Shown here: in pieces, positions 57,618 to 58,234 of the stretch
Position numbering within the stretch: position 1 is the stretch's first letter
How the letters are laid out: every line of letters starts with the position of its first letter
Source: Chloroflexota bacterium
GTDB taxonomy: Bacteria > Chloroflexota > Dehalococcoidia > Lucifugimonadales > UBA3495
Assembly (NCBI GenBank): GCA_002721995.1
Contig: PBMF01000015.1
Coordinates: 7,141-65,374, forward strand
DNA length: 58,234 bases
Direction of reading: 5' to 3'
Notes under the pieces: generated by a model
What the model was told of the DNA's origin: nothing
What the model saw: the letters and a program-made list of their open reading frames with translations, nothing else
The model's database searches: none
Translations under genes and position numbers: made by a program

Positions 57618-58234
57618 TTGAACAACCCGCGTGGAATCAGCAGGCCGGCCTTAGTGATCGGCATCATGATCCTGGTAATAGCTTGCGGCGGCCAGCAAAC
57701 GGCGGTGGCGACACCGCCGTCTGTCTCAAAGGAGACTGGCGGGGTCAAACACAGCGTGCCGCTGGAAGATATCGTCTTTGACACGTTCGGCAAGGTCAGC
57801 TCCCGGTTCGTCCCTCTGCCTGAAATCTCCGAGGAGCTGCGGCTGGAACTCAAAGATGCCATCACCCCGGTGCTGGAGCCGGTTTACGGTGGGCCCGGTG
57901 CGCTGCCTTGGTTGCGGGACGATAGCCTGGTGATCGGGTACGAGGGCGGCGGCGAAACCTTTGCCTATCCCATCAATATCCTGAACTACCATGAGATAGT
58001 GAACGACAATATTGGTGGTGAGCCTGTGCTCATCACCTACTGCCCTCTCTGTTTCAGCGGAGTTGTATTCAACCGCATCGTGGACGGTGACTCCCTGACC
58101 TTCGGCAACATCAGCGCCCTCTACCAGTCGGACCTGGTGATGTACGACCACCAGACGGGGTCATTTTGGTTCCAGGTCGCCGGCGAAGCGGTGGTCGGCC
58201 CACTGACCGGGTCACGCCTCACACCTTTGCCATC
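57618..58234 (+). CDS. DUF3179 family lipoprotein (3' end runs off the window)
   Basis: Manual translation from TTG 57618: lipobox LVIAC, KDAITP, AYPINILNYHEIVND, TYCPLCFSG, LYQSDLVMYDHQTGSFWFQ. Confidence 0.85.
   Translation, partial: MNNPRGISRPALVIGIMILVIACGGQQTAVATPPSVSKETGGVKHSVPLEDIVFDTFGKVSSRFVPLPEISEELRLELKDAITPVLEPVYGGPGALPWLRDDSLVIGYEGGGETFAYPINILNYHEIVNDNIGGEPVLITYCPLCFSGVVFNRIVDGDSLTFGNISALYQSDLVMYDHQTGSFWFQVAGEAVVGPLTGSRLTPLP

Noticed and set aside
57618-58234. Selenocysteine in DUF3179 or in TlpA (3210-3773)
   Set aside because: Both show ordinary Cys motifs (CPLC, CPPC) with no in-frame TGA in the visible part

Overview
High-GC (about 60-65% by eye), gene-dense bacterial chromosome segment. 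Four luciferase-like (LLM) monooxygenases, a PPOX-type F420 enzyme, two GMC oxidoreductases and an HsaA-like hydroxylase point to Dehalococcoidia/SAR202-type Chloroflexota (inference, no search run). Housekeeping content: mfd, proBA, mutM, sbcC, ffh, ileS, mug, thpR, alkA, rbsK, comF and tRNA-Pro(CGG), plus a TPP-riboswitch thiZXY/tenA thiamine-salvage region. The best hidden signals are two selenoprotein candidates that the ORF track truncates at in-frame UGA: a SelL/AhpC-TSA-like protein with UxxU (10649-11200, minus) and a glutaredoxin(UxxC)-DinB fusion (50884-51645, plus). Also notable: a flavin-dependent halogenase with a C-terminal PqqD/RRE-like domain and no visible substrate gene, an IleRS2 with GIHH in place of HIGH, a 720-bp mosaic of three REP-like palindrome families, a candidate promoter-to-terminator sRNA (41129-41202), and three single-lesion broken genes. 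No CRISPR array, integrase or transposase was seen.
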